Below, one piece after another: positions 41,710 through 56,313 of a DNA stretch of 64,000 nucleotides (the first letter of the stretch is position 1; every line of letters begins with the position of its first letter). This stretch comes from Octopus sinensis (taxonomy: Eukaryota): the NCBI RefSeq assembly GCF_006345805.1, contig NC_042999.1, positions 30,504,001 to 30,568,000 of the forward strand. The letters are read 5' to 3'. The notes under the pieces are model-generated. The model ran no database searches, was not told the origin of the DNA, and saw nothing but the letters and a program-made list of their open reading frames with translations. A program made the translations under genes and the position numbers.

Positions 41710-42447
41710 CGTATGCATATAAAACACAAATAGACACGCAGACAGGCAGTGCGGAATAGGGTAAAAGTAGCTTAGAAGTGAATAATTGAGTGAATGAATG
41801 AGTGAGTGGGTGAATGGAAATAATCAAAATTTGTGCGTGGAAACAAAGATAATAAAACTGAATGAAAGAATACAAAATGAATCATGTGACTTGAAAGAAA
41901 ATATTTTCGAATTATTAGAAGTACGCAAAATCTCTTTTATTGTATTACGTTAATAAAAATAGCAATCATAATCTTTTTATATTTAATAATAAATATTTCT
42001 TTTGGATGAAGCAAATTAAAAACAAAGATAAAGATAAATTTCTATATTATTTTTTGTATGCTTTTCTTGTTTCGATCTAACGATCAATGACAAAATATTA
42101 TGAATCTGTAAGTTTATTTCGAGATTGGGAAATATATTTGATTAATAGTTTAATAATAAACGTGTGCAATTGGTAGGCATATTTCATTGATCTTTGACGA
42201 AAAGCATTATTCAGAAATTGTTTACTTGCAGTGCGTCGGTGATAAGTGGAGTATATAATGCATTTCAAATGCGGATCCTGAGTGCATTGACTGACGTTAT
42301 GGTTGGTGCTTGCCAAATACGTTGATTGTTATGCATTAATATAACTCAGTATTTTTTTTTTAATTCTCCCATTTCGCTTAATAACAATTTCAAATGTGTT
42401 GCTGGGGTTTCTTTAAAACGCAGTTCTTTATTATTTGTAGCATTATA

Positions 42448-42797
42448 GGCGCAGGAGTGGCTGTGTGGTAAGTAGCTTGCTAACCAACCACATGGTTCCG
42501 GGTTCAGTCCTACTGCGTGGCATCTTGGGCAAGTGTCTTCTTCTATAGCCCCGGGCCGACCAATGCCTTGTGAGTGGATTTGGTAGACGGAAACTGAAAG
42601 AAGCCTGTCGTATATATGTATATATGTATATATATATATGTGTGTGTGTATGTGTATGTGTTTGTTTGTATGTGTTTGTCTCCCTAGAATTGCTTGACAA
42701 CCGATGCTGGTGTGTTTAAGTCCCCGTCACTTAGTGGTTCGGCAAAAGAGACCGATATAATAAGTACTGGGCTTAAAAAGAATAAGTCCCGGGGTCG
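42448..42797 (+). mobile_element. tRNA-derived SINE, family B
   Basis: GGCGCAGGAGTGGCTGTGTGGTAAG (A-box) and GGGTTCAGTCC (B-box), followed by the family body. Confidence 0.9.
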
Positions 42798-43599
42798 AAT
42801 AAAGAATAAAGAAAGTAAAGAATTGCTGGAAGGCTAAACATTCAATGTGATGTCTGAGGGCAGGATGAGATCACTCGATACTATCGAACCAATGTTTTAT
42901 TGGTATATATCGTTTACAAACCCCGAAAAGATAAAATTTAAAGGCAACTAACAGCAGGATCAGAACTCAGAAGTTTAAAATGCTAAGACAAATACTGACA
43001 CTCTAATGCTTCTGCCAAATAATTACCATTATCAACATGGTGAAAATAATTGTGTTTCAACAACGAAAGCAAAATCTTGTAATTTTCAAAAGTTAAACAG
43101 CCGATTTATGATATGCAATATTCATATCATTTGAAAGATGCCAAAGTTCTGGTAGATAATTTCGTTGCTATTTCTAGCATACGATTTCGAGACACACTTG
43201 TTCAAATGAAAAGTCATACTCCTTGAAATGTTCTATATCAATATTCTGTTTATCAAGCTTATATCATTGTAAGATATAATAGTCGTCCAACTACCTTGCC
43301 TGCAATATTATTAACGTATTGAAAAATTAGAAGTGGAAATCTGACACATGTTCAACAAAAGTACATAGAAGTAAATGCTAAATTGACAGATGAGATAGTA
43401 ACTTTTACATTAGTGTATGTAAATATACCTTATATAAGACGGAGTTTTTTTCTGTAGATGAGCGTATTTCTGAAAATGGGTATTCGAATAAATTTAACGG
43501 AGACATCAGATAACATACGTGGTAATTTAGACGGTGTTAAAGATGATGAGAGTAATGATGTTGAAGGGGAGAGGTCAGGGGTGGGGGAGAAGGAGATAG

Positions 43600-43755
43600 A
43601 GGCGGATAAGAGAAGAGTGATTGTGGTTCTGGTAGCGTTGGTAGTTGTGGTGTATATAGTGGTACCGGTGGTGGCTTTGGTGACAGTGGTGGCGAGGGTG
43701 GTGCAAATGCTGTTGCTGGTGATAACGAAGACGACGATAATGATGTTGATGGTGG

Positions 43756-43786
<31 letters not shown>

Positions 43787-43891
43787 AGTGAATGTGGTGG
43801 TGGAGGTGGTGGAGGTGGTGGTGCTGGTGGTGTTGGTGGTGGTGGTGGTGGTGGTGGTGGTGGTGATGATGATGATGATGATGATGATGAC

Positions 43892-43926
<35 letters not shown>

Positions 43927-43990
43927 CGATGATGATGATGATGATGATGATGATGTCGACGACGACGATGATGATGATAATAATAATGTT
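43600..43990 (+). repeat. Decayed compound (GGT)n/(GAT)n triplet tract
   Basis: Direct reading; source of the 192-aa low-complexity ORFs. Confidence 0.9.
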
Positions 43991-46611
43991 GTGGTTGATG
44001 ATTATCATCCTTTTATGGTTACCTGAAAAATGTTAATTTATTCTGGTTATAATTGCTATCGTTCTTAGTAAAGTTATTGTTGCTATGAATGCAGTTATTG
44101 TATAAGGTGTGCTCGCCGTTTGTCACCCATTCATCCCGTGGCCATATTCAAAATTATTTCATTTTGAACTGTCCTAGTTGTCATTTAGATACTGAGATTG
44201 TTGTTCCACATTATACACTATCTTTTTTTAAGACATTTAAAAGCAATGTGTAATTTGTGATAGATTTAGCTGTTATTAATGGCAGGTGAACTAGCCTCGC
44301 TCAATAATTTAAGAAGTATATGTATTTGTTGGTGATTGTTTTCGTTGTCGTAATATGTAATCAGACGAAATTAATTAGAATATCGTGTTCGAATATTTTA
44401 GGCAGCAATTGAAAGGTAATAGGCGTAGGTCTATTATATCATTCATCCAAGTTCGATAAAATAAACTCCGGTTACATAAGGGTACTGATTTTCTTCATTA
44501 TACTCGCCTTTTATGGAAAATATAGTGATTATATAAGAGATCAATATTTACTCTACACTCCGCTACATTTCCTCCTGTGACATAGATTCATAAATTCGTT
44601 CGAGGATAAGAACATGATTTCGTGATAATTGTGCATTTCTTGGTGTCATTAATTATGTGTCAAATGCAAAATTTGTTGCAACCAGTTGTGAAAATGCTTA
44701 GCAAAATTGCACACGATAATAACTTGCAACTTTAAATATGGTAATAAAGGGTATTCTTTATGATTGATGAGAGTGGCAAATCTTAGTAGGTATGCTTTCA
44801 ACATTCAGATATCAGAGATCAAAATGCAATTTCAGTCATTTAGTAGATATTCAGTCATTGAAGTAGATATTCAACATGTGAAAAATACAACTGTTTACAT
44901 TATGGTATTTGCTTTACCTCTAAAATATAGCAGTTCCGTAACTTGTAAGAAATCATGTTTCTTTTTTTTTTTTCGTCAAGATGTGCATAATACAGTAAGG
45001 ATTAAAATACTTGATAACAACAGTCGAGTTCGTGTGTATCCCGTCCACACTGGATATTCGAATTTCATTTAATCATCGTTGCGGAGATACTTATTTGTTT
45101 CACTATTTGTGACCACTCTGTGAGTTCTTGAATTTTTGACAGGTAATATGTTTCCTATATTTTTGACATAAAACGTTTCCTGAATAAGTACAATATGCTT
45201 ACGTATCTGCTGTTATGTCAAACCAGGAGATGAATTAAAATTTCATGATCCAGTGCATAGAATGGCCATAAGATTCGAACATGTTTATGCAATCCAATAC
45301 AACGCTTGTACGTAATGCATCTATAATACATACACATTACAACGAAACTCTACTTCGTATGATAACATTCAGCAATTAGTGGAGTTAATGGATGAAACAC
45401 AGATACAACGCAGTGTCATACGTTTTGATACATGTGGTAGATTTTTAATTCTACCATTCAGCATAATGTACGTCAAAATGTCGTTAGATGTATTCTAAAA
45501 CGGAGAAACGGACAATGATCATGCATTATAGTTTTAGAAAATGCAATAAATTATTCCGCAAAAAGAACGGCTGTGTTATGTAATATGACATATCTCGACC
45601 TCCATTTCCTAAGGTAAACAGATTCCAGCCCAGCAGGTGGATGCTCTTTTGAAATAGAGAGTTATCCACTATCTATTTGTAGCCTGAACTTTTAATTTCT
45701 TTCATTATCTGAAACATGTTTTAATCATGTAGAAATGTTGTATGGGTTTAGCAGCTTATATAACAAATGACATTTTGTTCGCTATTCGGTAGATAGAAGA
45801 AATAAGAATCGTTAAACGGCTTATAAAGCCGTTTGAGTAAGTCTCCAAACTTTTCATTAATTTCGCTCAATACAAAAAGCATCGAATAGAATGGGATTGA
45901 ATTATAAAAGCGCATTCGAAATTTCTCACAAGCATTGGAGCTGGCTAGAAGTAATGGGGTTGAACAGCTCTAGGCTTATAATAGGACATTTGTATGCTTC
46001 GCAATGCCTTTCAAACTCCACTGTTTCTTCGATTGAATACATATGTATGTATTACCATTTGGATACCAACACTTAAAAGACGAACTAAAGTGTGTTTCGT
46101 TGTATTTTTAAGTAAACTTACAGTAAATGACCAGCCACTAGTAACTGGTATGATGAGGTTGATGCTGTTAGTTCTCCACAGAAAAGATTTAGCGAGGATA
46201 GAATAAGATGACATAAAATACCCTTGAGATTTATTTGTAACGACTGGTACAAAATAAAAAAAAGTCATGGGTTAATCGTAATTTTATTGTCGGGAAATAA
46301 AATGTGAGCACATTAAGGTTTTCACACAAGAGATTACTGACAATGAATGAGTTACTCTATGTATCTTTGATCAGTTACTACCTTAAGGATGATCCCTATT
46401 TTGACTTTCACCAGAGGGTATATTGTTTATTTTCTTTCAATGTTGATATATTACTGACGAAAGAAACACCACACTTTTGATGTTCATTTATTTCATGAAA
46501 TGACGAGCAGGATAAATATTTTCATTTATCTTACGTTAAAAAATTTCATTGCAATAGTATACATCGAATGACCAACTTATAATCTCATACTTTGCTAATA
46601 TATCTACCTAC

Positions 46612-46812
46612 CTACATATCTACCTACCTACCTACCTACTTACCTACCTACTTACTTACCTACCTACATACATACATACATACATACATACATACATACA
46701 TACATACATACATACATACATACATACATACATACATACATACATACATACATACATACATACATACATACATACATACATACATACATACATACATACA
46801 TACATACATACA
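46612..46812. repeat. (TACC)n-(TACA)n tetranucleotide microsatellite
   Basis: Direct reading. Confidence 0.95.
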
Positions 46813-46883
46813 TTGACACACATATAAGCATTCATATATATGTATATATGTACATGCATGTATAAATATGTTTCTATATATAT

Positions 46884-47113
46884 ATTTCTTTACTACTCAT
46901 AAGGGGCTAAACACAGAGAGGACAAACAATGACAGACAAACGGATTAAGTCGATTACATCGACCCCAGTGCGCAACTGGTACTTAATTTATCGACCCCGA
47001 AAGGATGAAAGGCAAAGTCGACCTCGGCGGAATTTGAACTCAGACTGTAACGGCAGACGAAATACGGCCACGCATTTCGCCCGGCGTGCAAACGTTTCTG
47101 CCAGCTCGCCGCC
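46884..47113 (-). mobile_element. SINE family A, full-length monomer
   Basis: Reverse complement of GGCGGCGAGCTGGCAGAAACGTT..GAGTTCAAATTCCGCCGAGGTCGAC..AGTAAAGAAATA. Confidence 0.9.
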
Positions 47114-47841
47114 TTATGTATCTATATATATGTATCTATATATATGTATCTATATATATGTATCTATATATATATTAACTTACACCTTTGATACACGCAC
47201 ACTACGTATATGTAGGTATGTGTACAAACACAACACTCATTTTCATTCATTTGACACCATATAAAATGCGAATCAGTTTTTATTCTTTACTGTTTAGCTA
47301 CAAGTCAGATAACATTAAGCAGAGATATTTCCAAGGCAATTTTACGGTGTCTTAACCCTTCGCTTCTATCAGCTGAACGAACACAGGAATCTTTATTAAA
47401 ACTTTATTTTTTGTAAAGCAGTAGGACAGATGTGAACAAGATCTGAATGTTGTTTCTAGCATATGAAGCGATTCCATGGAAGCTGTTTTGTTCTCCAAAT
47501 TGTTATTCATCTGAAATTCATCACTTCAAACACCCACTTACCACACAATATATAGACGCATATTTATACACCACAATTCTAGATAGTCATGGACAAATCG
47601 CATTTAATCCCCTTCAGCACAATAAAAATAATACCAGCTTGCAATACTTGGCGACATATGAATATCTGATATCTATAAAGTATTAAAATACTTAATCGTA
47701 AATATGAAGATTGACCCTTCCAGAACAGAAAATATCTTAGGCTTTATCAGTAACTAATCGGTATCAAGCTACAAAATAGGAACTGGTCCTACGTTTGGGA
47801 CCCCTGCCAATACTGCCGCTGCTATTGCTGCTGCTGCTGCA

Positions 47842-47889
<48 letters not shown>

Positions 47890-48861
47890 GCCCACAGACA
47901 CATATTTCTAGTCCAGCTAGTTGGTTGACAAGAATTCCCGATCAAATACAGGTTATAGTTTACCTGAGCAATTCGATTTTCATCTTGTTCACAATATGAA
48001 ATAATGTGAGCATATGGATTGGAAAGTTTATTTGCCAACAAAATGCGGCAGTCATGATTAGGATTATCTTTTTTTAACCCTATGAAAACATTTTCCATCT
48101 GATTTATCGATACATGATCTGTGTCCTAGACATGCCGTAAGCTCGCTGCTGGACAACTGCCTGGCTTGAGACAGCGGCCAGCCGACCTAACTCACAATAT
48201 GTCGTTTTCAAATCGACACTCAATCGTTGATCTCGTAAAGTGAAAAGCAACTAGCTTTAAATAACTGATTGAAATCTCTGTAGTAGTAGATGGTAAGATT
48301 CATTTGCCATCATAACGTGGCAGTCTTGGCTAGGAATAAGCTATCACTTTTCAGCCCCAGGAAAACACCTTCACCTATGCATATGATTATTAACTTGCTC
48401 AAGGTGTCAAGAACAAAATATTGCTCAAAATAAAAACACTCTACGCCAGATGATGAGGGTACATAGATCCCAGATTAAAATACGAGTATACACAAAAATA
48501 GGATTAAGCGAGCACATCGATATTTGCGCCACTATCGAACAGCTCAACTTTTGAATTTTTCCCCCTCTATAAGTTTAAGGACAATGCAACCTGTAATCAG
48601 CGCATTAATTTGTAGGATATTTCGTCAGTAAATATAAACTTATTTTGAATGCCGCCACCACCACAGATGAAACTAAAAGAATTTAGAACAATTCCAACCA
48701 CCACTGCTACGACTACAACAGGTCACTTTTAAGTCCTTTGACCATTAAAGAAGATTCCAGGAACAATTTACTGTCACAACTCACCTGTGTTTTCCTTTTC
48801 TTTCCTTTTCTTTCAACTTCTCCCATTTCTATCCCTACTCCTACTTCTCCTCTTGCGGGCG

Positions 48862-49126
48862 TTTGTGAGCGGAAACAGCTAAAGCTCAACGAGAACCCGG
48901 CAGGGAGTGGTGGCGAACCCCGCTGTCCTCCTTCACCACAACTTCTCATTCTTTCTTCCTATTTCTGTTGTACCTGTATTTCAGAGGGTCAGCCATTCCG
49001 AATTCTGTGTCGCAATGGATCTCCCAGAGAAGTACATTAAAAGGACACGTGTCTGTGGTGTGCTCAATGACTTACAGGTTAATTTCACGAGCAGTCATTT
49101 CCGTTGTTGGGATCAACAGGAACCCA

Positions 49127-49128
<2 letters not shown>
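48862..49128 (+). mobile_element. SINE family C body (headless)
   Basis: Shares CTAAAGCTC..GGTGGCGA..CTTTCTTCCT with the minus strand of 1331-1627. Confidence 0.7.
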
Positions 49129-49207
<79 letters not shown>

Positions 49208-49815
49208 TCCGTCTCAATGAGGTGCGCAATAAAACTATGAGAACACTTTGCAAGTTATATGGCCTCCATTTTCTTCAAATTTCTTCTTTCTACTACATTC
49301 ATAGACACGCAAACACACACACACAGATGAAGGCGAACGCGCACGCGTGCGTGTTTACCTATGAATTTGTAACTGTGTGTGTGTATGGTCATCAACAACA
49401 TCAAACATTATCATTTCTGGCATCTCTCTGTCTGTGTGATGACAACATATTAAATATATATATTGTTTCCACATACTTATCTTTCTATCTATTTGTCTGC
49501 GCATATATCTCTCGAACCAATCATGTGTCTCTATCAATATATTAATTTACTTTTGCACTATTATTCTTCTGTTATTATAACTTTTTTCATTTTATATTTT
49601 CCTGACTATATGTTTTTCATACACTAACTTTATTTTTCATAATTATAATGTTTGCCAATATATAAATATATACACATGCGTGTGTATGCATGTGTCTGTT
49701 TGTATCTGTGTGTCTATAAATAAACAAAAAAACAGAATAAAAACATAGACACACACGTTTGTATTTATATAAATACATATATGTATATGATATATATATA
49801 TATTATATATATATA

Positions 49816-49854
<39 letters not shown>

Positions 49855-50514
49855 CATTCATATGTATGCATATATACACACATATATATATATATATGTG
49901 TGTGTGTATATATGTATATATATCGATAGATAGATAGATACTGTTATATTCTTTAACTTGCTTGATCCTCCATTTCTTGCTTTCGTGTTCCAAAACTACC
50001 AAAGCACTAATTCTAGTATTCATATTTTGCCAACATTCCTTTCTTTTAATCTTGAAAATTATTAGTGCTTCAATTATCTTATTTTTTTTTTTTTAGAATT
50101 GTATATACTTATTTTAGTAATTCCTCAATATTTAAACTTTTGTTCATATTTAACATTATTAGATTTATTAGCTGAAACTTATACTTCAGTTCCAACTTAC
50201 AAATATACTCCAAGAAATATAGATGGTTTCTAATACTCATACACTTAGACTAGCCATGAACAGTAACCGGGTTGCGAATTTTCTGAATAACACGCTCCAC
50301 GGAATATTATATTAATTTTCATGATGTTCGCTTCATGATGTATTATAACAAATGTGTCTCACTTTAAGAAATGGTTGGCTGTGCTCGATATAGAATAACA
50401 CATACAAATGCTTTGAAATTGTCGATTATCTGCCCAGATGAGTATAGATAACAACACAGTTAACTAGAACGCTGCATGCAAAAATAAACAACGTGCATTT
50501 CTACCAAACTATTA

Positions 50515-50860
50515 TCAATAGTGGTATCTCTTCATGACAGACGAAATAGTGAAGACTATTTAAGAATTTTATCTGAACAAATTCATCCTATGGTTGCGGA
50601 ACTGATTGCGGAGGGAAACGCAATCTTTCAGGATGATAATGCACCAATTTACACAGGTAAATTAGTTGCAGAGTGCCACGAAAAACGTTCTAGTGAACAT
50701 CTTATCTGGCCATCACAGTCCCCAGATTTCAATATTATAGAACATTTATGGTGCATTTTAGAGAAACATGTAAGGAGTCGATATCCTGCACCATCATCAC
50801 TACAACAATTGTAGACTGTTTAGCTGCAGAATTGACAAAAATTCCATTGGAAATAATTGA
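50515..50860 (+). mobile_element. Tc1-family transposase C-terminal fragment (D34E spacing)
   Basis: FQDDNAPIY..WPSQSPDFNIIEHLW, with 34 residues counted between the catalytic D and E; N-terminus absent. Confidence 0.9.
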
Positions 50861-50868
50861 AACTAGTT

Positions 50869-50928
50869 TCTCATTCCTAAGATATTTGGGGTTAGTAGCC
50901 CACGCTCTTAACCACTACGCCATATGCC
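50869..50928 (-). mobile_element. tRNA-like head fragment of the tRNA-hammerhead element family
   Basis: Minus strand GGCATATGGCGTAGTGGTTAAGAGCGTGGGCTACTAACCCCAA matches the head at ~9000; adjacent TCTCATTCCTAA matches ~8850. Confidence 0.7.
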
Positions 50929-51016
50929 AGCGTGTGTGTGTGTGTGTATGTGTGCGCACATATATATGTATATATATATATAATATATATATATATAATA
51001 TATATATATATATTAT

Positions 51017-51081
<65 letters not shown>

Positions 51082-51991
51082 GAGTGTGACAACGGAAAGG
51101 TAAAGGATACATATTGAAGCTTTTTAAAAACTTAGAAAATAGACAGATAGATAGATAGATAGATAAAACGAGAATGTGTGTACATTCTAATTACATATTG
51201 CTGATATTCAGTGTATTACTATTTAGAATATATACAGGAAACTATGAAATGAATTGCTTGTGATTAAGTATAGAATCATAATAAGAAATACAGTTGTATT
51301 AGGAGAAAATGAAAGAAAACTACATAAAATTATATAAACAACACATTTATTACCTTGAATAATGGTGTGCGTGTGTAGAGGACATCTGGATATTCTGCAT
51401 GCTTATGTCCCGCTTCAGTTCTGGAATGAGAACTCAAATCAAGACTGAATATCAAATCATTTATCATTTCGTGTGTGTGTGTATGTGTATGTGTGTGTGT
51501 GTTTGTGTGTGTGTAACTGCACAGTCGAGATTATGTATGCTTTCACATTGAAGTGATAATTTATACCGACGCAATTACATTGTTCCATTACTGTACTATA
51601 AATATATCTTTAATGATTTTATACAATATTTCTAAGAACATTCCAGTACCACTTTGCACCTAAGCGCATAATTATGCGTTTATTTTCATCAATGTACTCT
51701 AAATATATACATATAATGATCTTAAGCAAAACTTTAACGAGTGAGCTGCACTACGTAAAAGGTTTCTATGGTCCTTGAAATTAAGTAGTTATAAGTATTA
51801 CAAATACTAGAGTCATACAGGTCGGGTGACGGGTAACTTTCGAAGTATACATTTCCCAGCATGTGTAGTATCAGGAAGTGGAGCATATATACACATTAAT
51901 TATAATTTAGCTTCTGTCAAATTACTTGGCGCTTCTACAAAATGATTAAATGAACACACATTTTCTAGGGAAAATAACCATCTTAAAATTT

Positions 51992-52036
<45 letters not shown>

Positions 52037-52191
52037 ATATATTACTACTAATATAGGATGAAGTCTTTTTTTACAGAAAAAAAATTCCATTACTGTAGCG
52101 AGTAAATTATATGTGGAAATTGACGATTTAAAAGTCTGTTATCAGCATATTGGCGTTGAAATAATTTTCTTTAGCCCTTACTTATAAGTTG

Positions 52192-52230
<39 letters not shown>

Positions 52231-54007
52231 ATGTGTGTGTGTATTATTTACACACTCACATACATTGTTGTATTTGTGTGTTTGTGTGTGTATAAGTACG
52301 AGTATATATGCTGTCTATTTATAGGAATAGATGTGTAGATATGTATATGACTGGCTGTATTTCTATATGCTGGTACATGCTTATGTAATTGTGTGTAGAA
52401 AACATTCATGCATATATTTGGGTGTGGTTGTATAAATGCTCACGTTACATATTTCTCTGTTTATTTTGCATACGGATGTATTATTTATTTTTATTCATAT
52501 CTGTAAAAATTATCATTGTTTTATATTTTCCTCTGCTGATATTTCTTATCACTTCAATATACTCTTATTTATTTTCATTGTTATTTAGATACGTTTCAAA
52601 TGTAGCTTGCCGAAATTTTTTTCATGATACCTTAAATAATTGAGCTATACCGTTTGAGTTATCTCCCTCTTCCATGTACCCCTCTATCTCTCACCTTCTC
52701 TTCTCTTTATTTCTCTTCCCTATCAAACAACGAAGCGGCACATATAATGGTCATTACTATATAGAGATATATGCGTGTATCTAGATAACGTACCTTCATC
52801 GGAGGGTATATATTAGAATATTGGTCAGCAGGACACTTTTGAAGAGTCTCCAAAATAACCGCTTCCGGGAGGGATGAAGAAGAAGTAAAAAAAAAGGCAT
52901 GCGAATCAGTTACAAATATTGTACTAAGATTAAAACAAATATAGGGTTGTATATTTAGTTGAGAGTCATTTAGCTGAGTGGAAGTGGAGGACAAAATAAA
53001 TTGATAAACAAACAAAATAAAATTAACGGCCATATAAATGTTGAAGTGCATTGTAATTTATTATCAGCGCATTTATTGTGCTCTAAATAAATTACCGAAA
53101 GAAATTAGCTAGTTGACTAAACTTCGACATTTTTCACTGTTAGGACTTAAACCAAACCTACCTATTTCACACATCCAGATATATGCACCGTGGAATATCT
53201 TGCTATCATATTTGATGAAAGAAACATCTTTTATACAAACGGAGAAAACAGATTTCATAGTGTAGCATACGTTCACCGAACGTTATCGCTACGAAAACCT
53301 TGTGTATGAACCACATATGAAATACGATACGTGCATGTATCGTAGCATTCTACTTAGTAATTATAATGATGTAATGGATATTTCATTTCCAACTACAGCT
53401 GACTTCTTCACCAAAACATATTTCATCAGGTGTATCCTCTACAAGTAAGTACAAGTAAGTACATATCGACTGAGACAAAATGTGATACATATACACTCAT
53501 ATCTCTTATATCTTAAGATTCAGTTTTTGCTTAAGTTTTAAAGTTTCATGATTATCATTGTTCACAGATTTACTTAACACAATTCTCTTGACCAAAATTT
53601 AATTAAATATTAATTTAATGAGTTTACTTTATTTCCCTTTAATCTTTGAACTCTGCTGTATATAGTTTTATTCAATCCTGAGGCTTGTATATTTAAGTTA
53701 TCTTTTTAATATATTATTAACTTTAAATTGCTATTTATTTTCAATTGACAAAAATAGTGTTAAATAGTAGATTGAAAATTTCTCCCATGCTATTCAGAAC
53801 AGCACAACAACACAAAAGAATTAATTCGAAATTAATATCATTGATATTCCTTACCATCCGATGTTCATTCATTACTTTCTTCTTATTTCCACCCGCTTTT
53901 AAATTAGGTCCTCGCCTCTCGGCTAGATTCGTTCTTCCTGCGCCACATCCCATTCCCGCTCCCCTAAATCTCGCCTGAAAACTCATGTTACTTATACTTC
54001 TTGTATA

Positions 54008-54042
<35 letters not shown>

Positions 54043-54060
54043 TAATATATATATATATAT

Positions 54061-54118
<58 letters not shown>

Positions 54119-54184
54119 AGTGTGTGTGTGTGTGTGCGTGTGTATGTAATATGAATGTATGTATGTATGCGTGTGTGTGTGTGT

Positions 54185-54630
54185 GTAACTGTAGCGGGTA
54201 ACTGGTAAGGAGAAATTTGGTTTATAACCACACGGTTCCGGGTTCAGTCAGACTGCAAGGAAACCAGGGAGGGCGAGTATCTCCTACTATAGCCTGGGTG
54301 CGACTTAGGCTTGCTCAACTGATTAGGAAAACAGAAACTTAAAGAACCCTTAAAGGCGGCGAGCTGGCAGAAACATTAGCACGCCGGGCTAAATGCCTAG
54401 CGGTATTTCGTCTGCCGCTAAGTTTTGAGTTCAAATTCCACCGAGGTCGACTTTGCCTTTCATCATTTCGGGGTCGATTAAATAAGTACCAGTTACGCAC
54501 TCGGGTCTATATAATCGACTTAATCCGTTTGTCTGTCCTTGTGTGTCGCCTCTGTGATTAGCGCCTTGTGAGTAGTTAAGAAATAAGAAACTTAAAGAAG
54601 CTCACCATACGTAGTGCGTGTGTGTGAAAA
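54185..54630 (+). mobile_element. Family A SINE (54355-54585) nested in a family B SINE
   Basis: 14-bp direct repeat AGAAACTTAAAGAA at 54333-54346 and 54586-54599 flanks the inner element. Confidence 0.85.
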
Positions 54631-55436
54631 TACTCTATTCAGTGTCACTTTCTATCAAGACCCATACCTTTTCACCGTAAGAGAAATATTTTCACTGGGG
54701 TAATTGAAGTTAATTTGCCTATTAGCAGTTGAAATATGTCACAAACTTATTTGAACTAACATAAGAATTATTTATGCCTAAACACTGCTTGGCGCTATCC
54801 TTTCGCTGTTTTCCATGATCGGGCGATCGACTATCACAAATTAGCCAACGTTGATGACTGAATTTTATATAAAATTTTAGAAGATTCTTGGCTCTTGTCG
54901 ATGAGATGTACCTAAGAGAGGCAAGTTTGAACGAACTTATACAACCATAACATTTGAAATATGTCCCAAACACATTCACACTAACCTAGATTCTGCTCCT
55001 GCCTAAACAGTGCTTAGCGCTAACACTTCGTTATTTTTCTTGATCGGGTGATCGACAAGCGCAAACCAGTCTTGACTGAATAATACATAAAGCCATAGCT
55101 GTATAAATTCGTTCAGAGTTGCCTGTTATAGTTACGTCTCATGAACATCCCAAGAAGCTTGAAACATCAACGTTTGGGATTCCTAATAGATGGTAACAAT
55201 GAAAGTACCGCGTGTTTTCGCACCTTTTTACCATAAGATAAATATATTCTCCATGTTAACCGAAAAGTATTTCCCCTTTAGCCGTTGTAATACGTCACAT
55301 ATTTCAACTTATTCTGCTCACGCCTAAACACTGCTTAGCGCTAAAAATCCGTTATATATATGTGTGTATATATATATATAATATATTTATTTTTTATTTA
55401 TATGTATATGTATATGTATATATATATGTATGTATG

Positions 55437-55498
<62 letters not shown>

Positions 55499-55619
55499 AT
55501 GTATTATATATATATATATATATATATGTATACATATATGTACGTATGTATGTATGTATGTAGGTATGTATATATGTATGTGTTTGTATTTGCATGTGTG
55601 TATATATATGTATATGTAA

Positions 55620-55658
<39 letters not shown>

Positions 55659-55681
55659 ATATATGTATATATATATATGTA

Positions 55682-55732
<51 letters not shown>

Positions 55733-55738
55733 ATATAT

Positions 55739-55772
<34 letters not shown>

Positions 55773-56281
55773 AGTGTGCATGTTTGTTTGTGTGTGTGGA
55801 CGCGCGCGCATGTGTGTGTATGAGTGTGTAAAGGGGATTAGTGTAAATCTCAGCTGCTCCCTCTTGAAGCACATCTGCTCATTAAATTATTGCAATCAAT
55901 ATGAATCCATAATTACTGTTGTATGTTAATCAACATATTTGTTAATATTCAGAATTATGGAAATATTATTTACGGAGTTGTATAACAAAACAGGAAAATG
56001 GAAATGATTTTATTATTAATCTCCATTACGCGTGTTTCATTTACTCATGGGAATTACAAAGATTTACTTATTTCATACATACATACATACATAAATATAT
56101 ATATACATGTAATTTCCCATTAGAAATTCGCCAGACAGTGAAAACATTTATATACAAAATAATTTTTCCCTCTGACTGACGAAATGCGTGTATGAATGTA
56201 TGTATGCATTTATGTAAATATGTATGAATGTATATAAATATGGGGGGATCGATGCATCTACGTATGTATTCACTCACAAGC

Positions 56282-56313
<32 letters not shown>

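Noticed and set aside
43430-44036. 192-aa ORFs on both strands
   Set aside because: Decayed GGT/GAT triplet tract with no domain or splice support.
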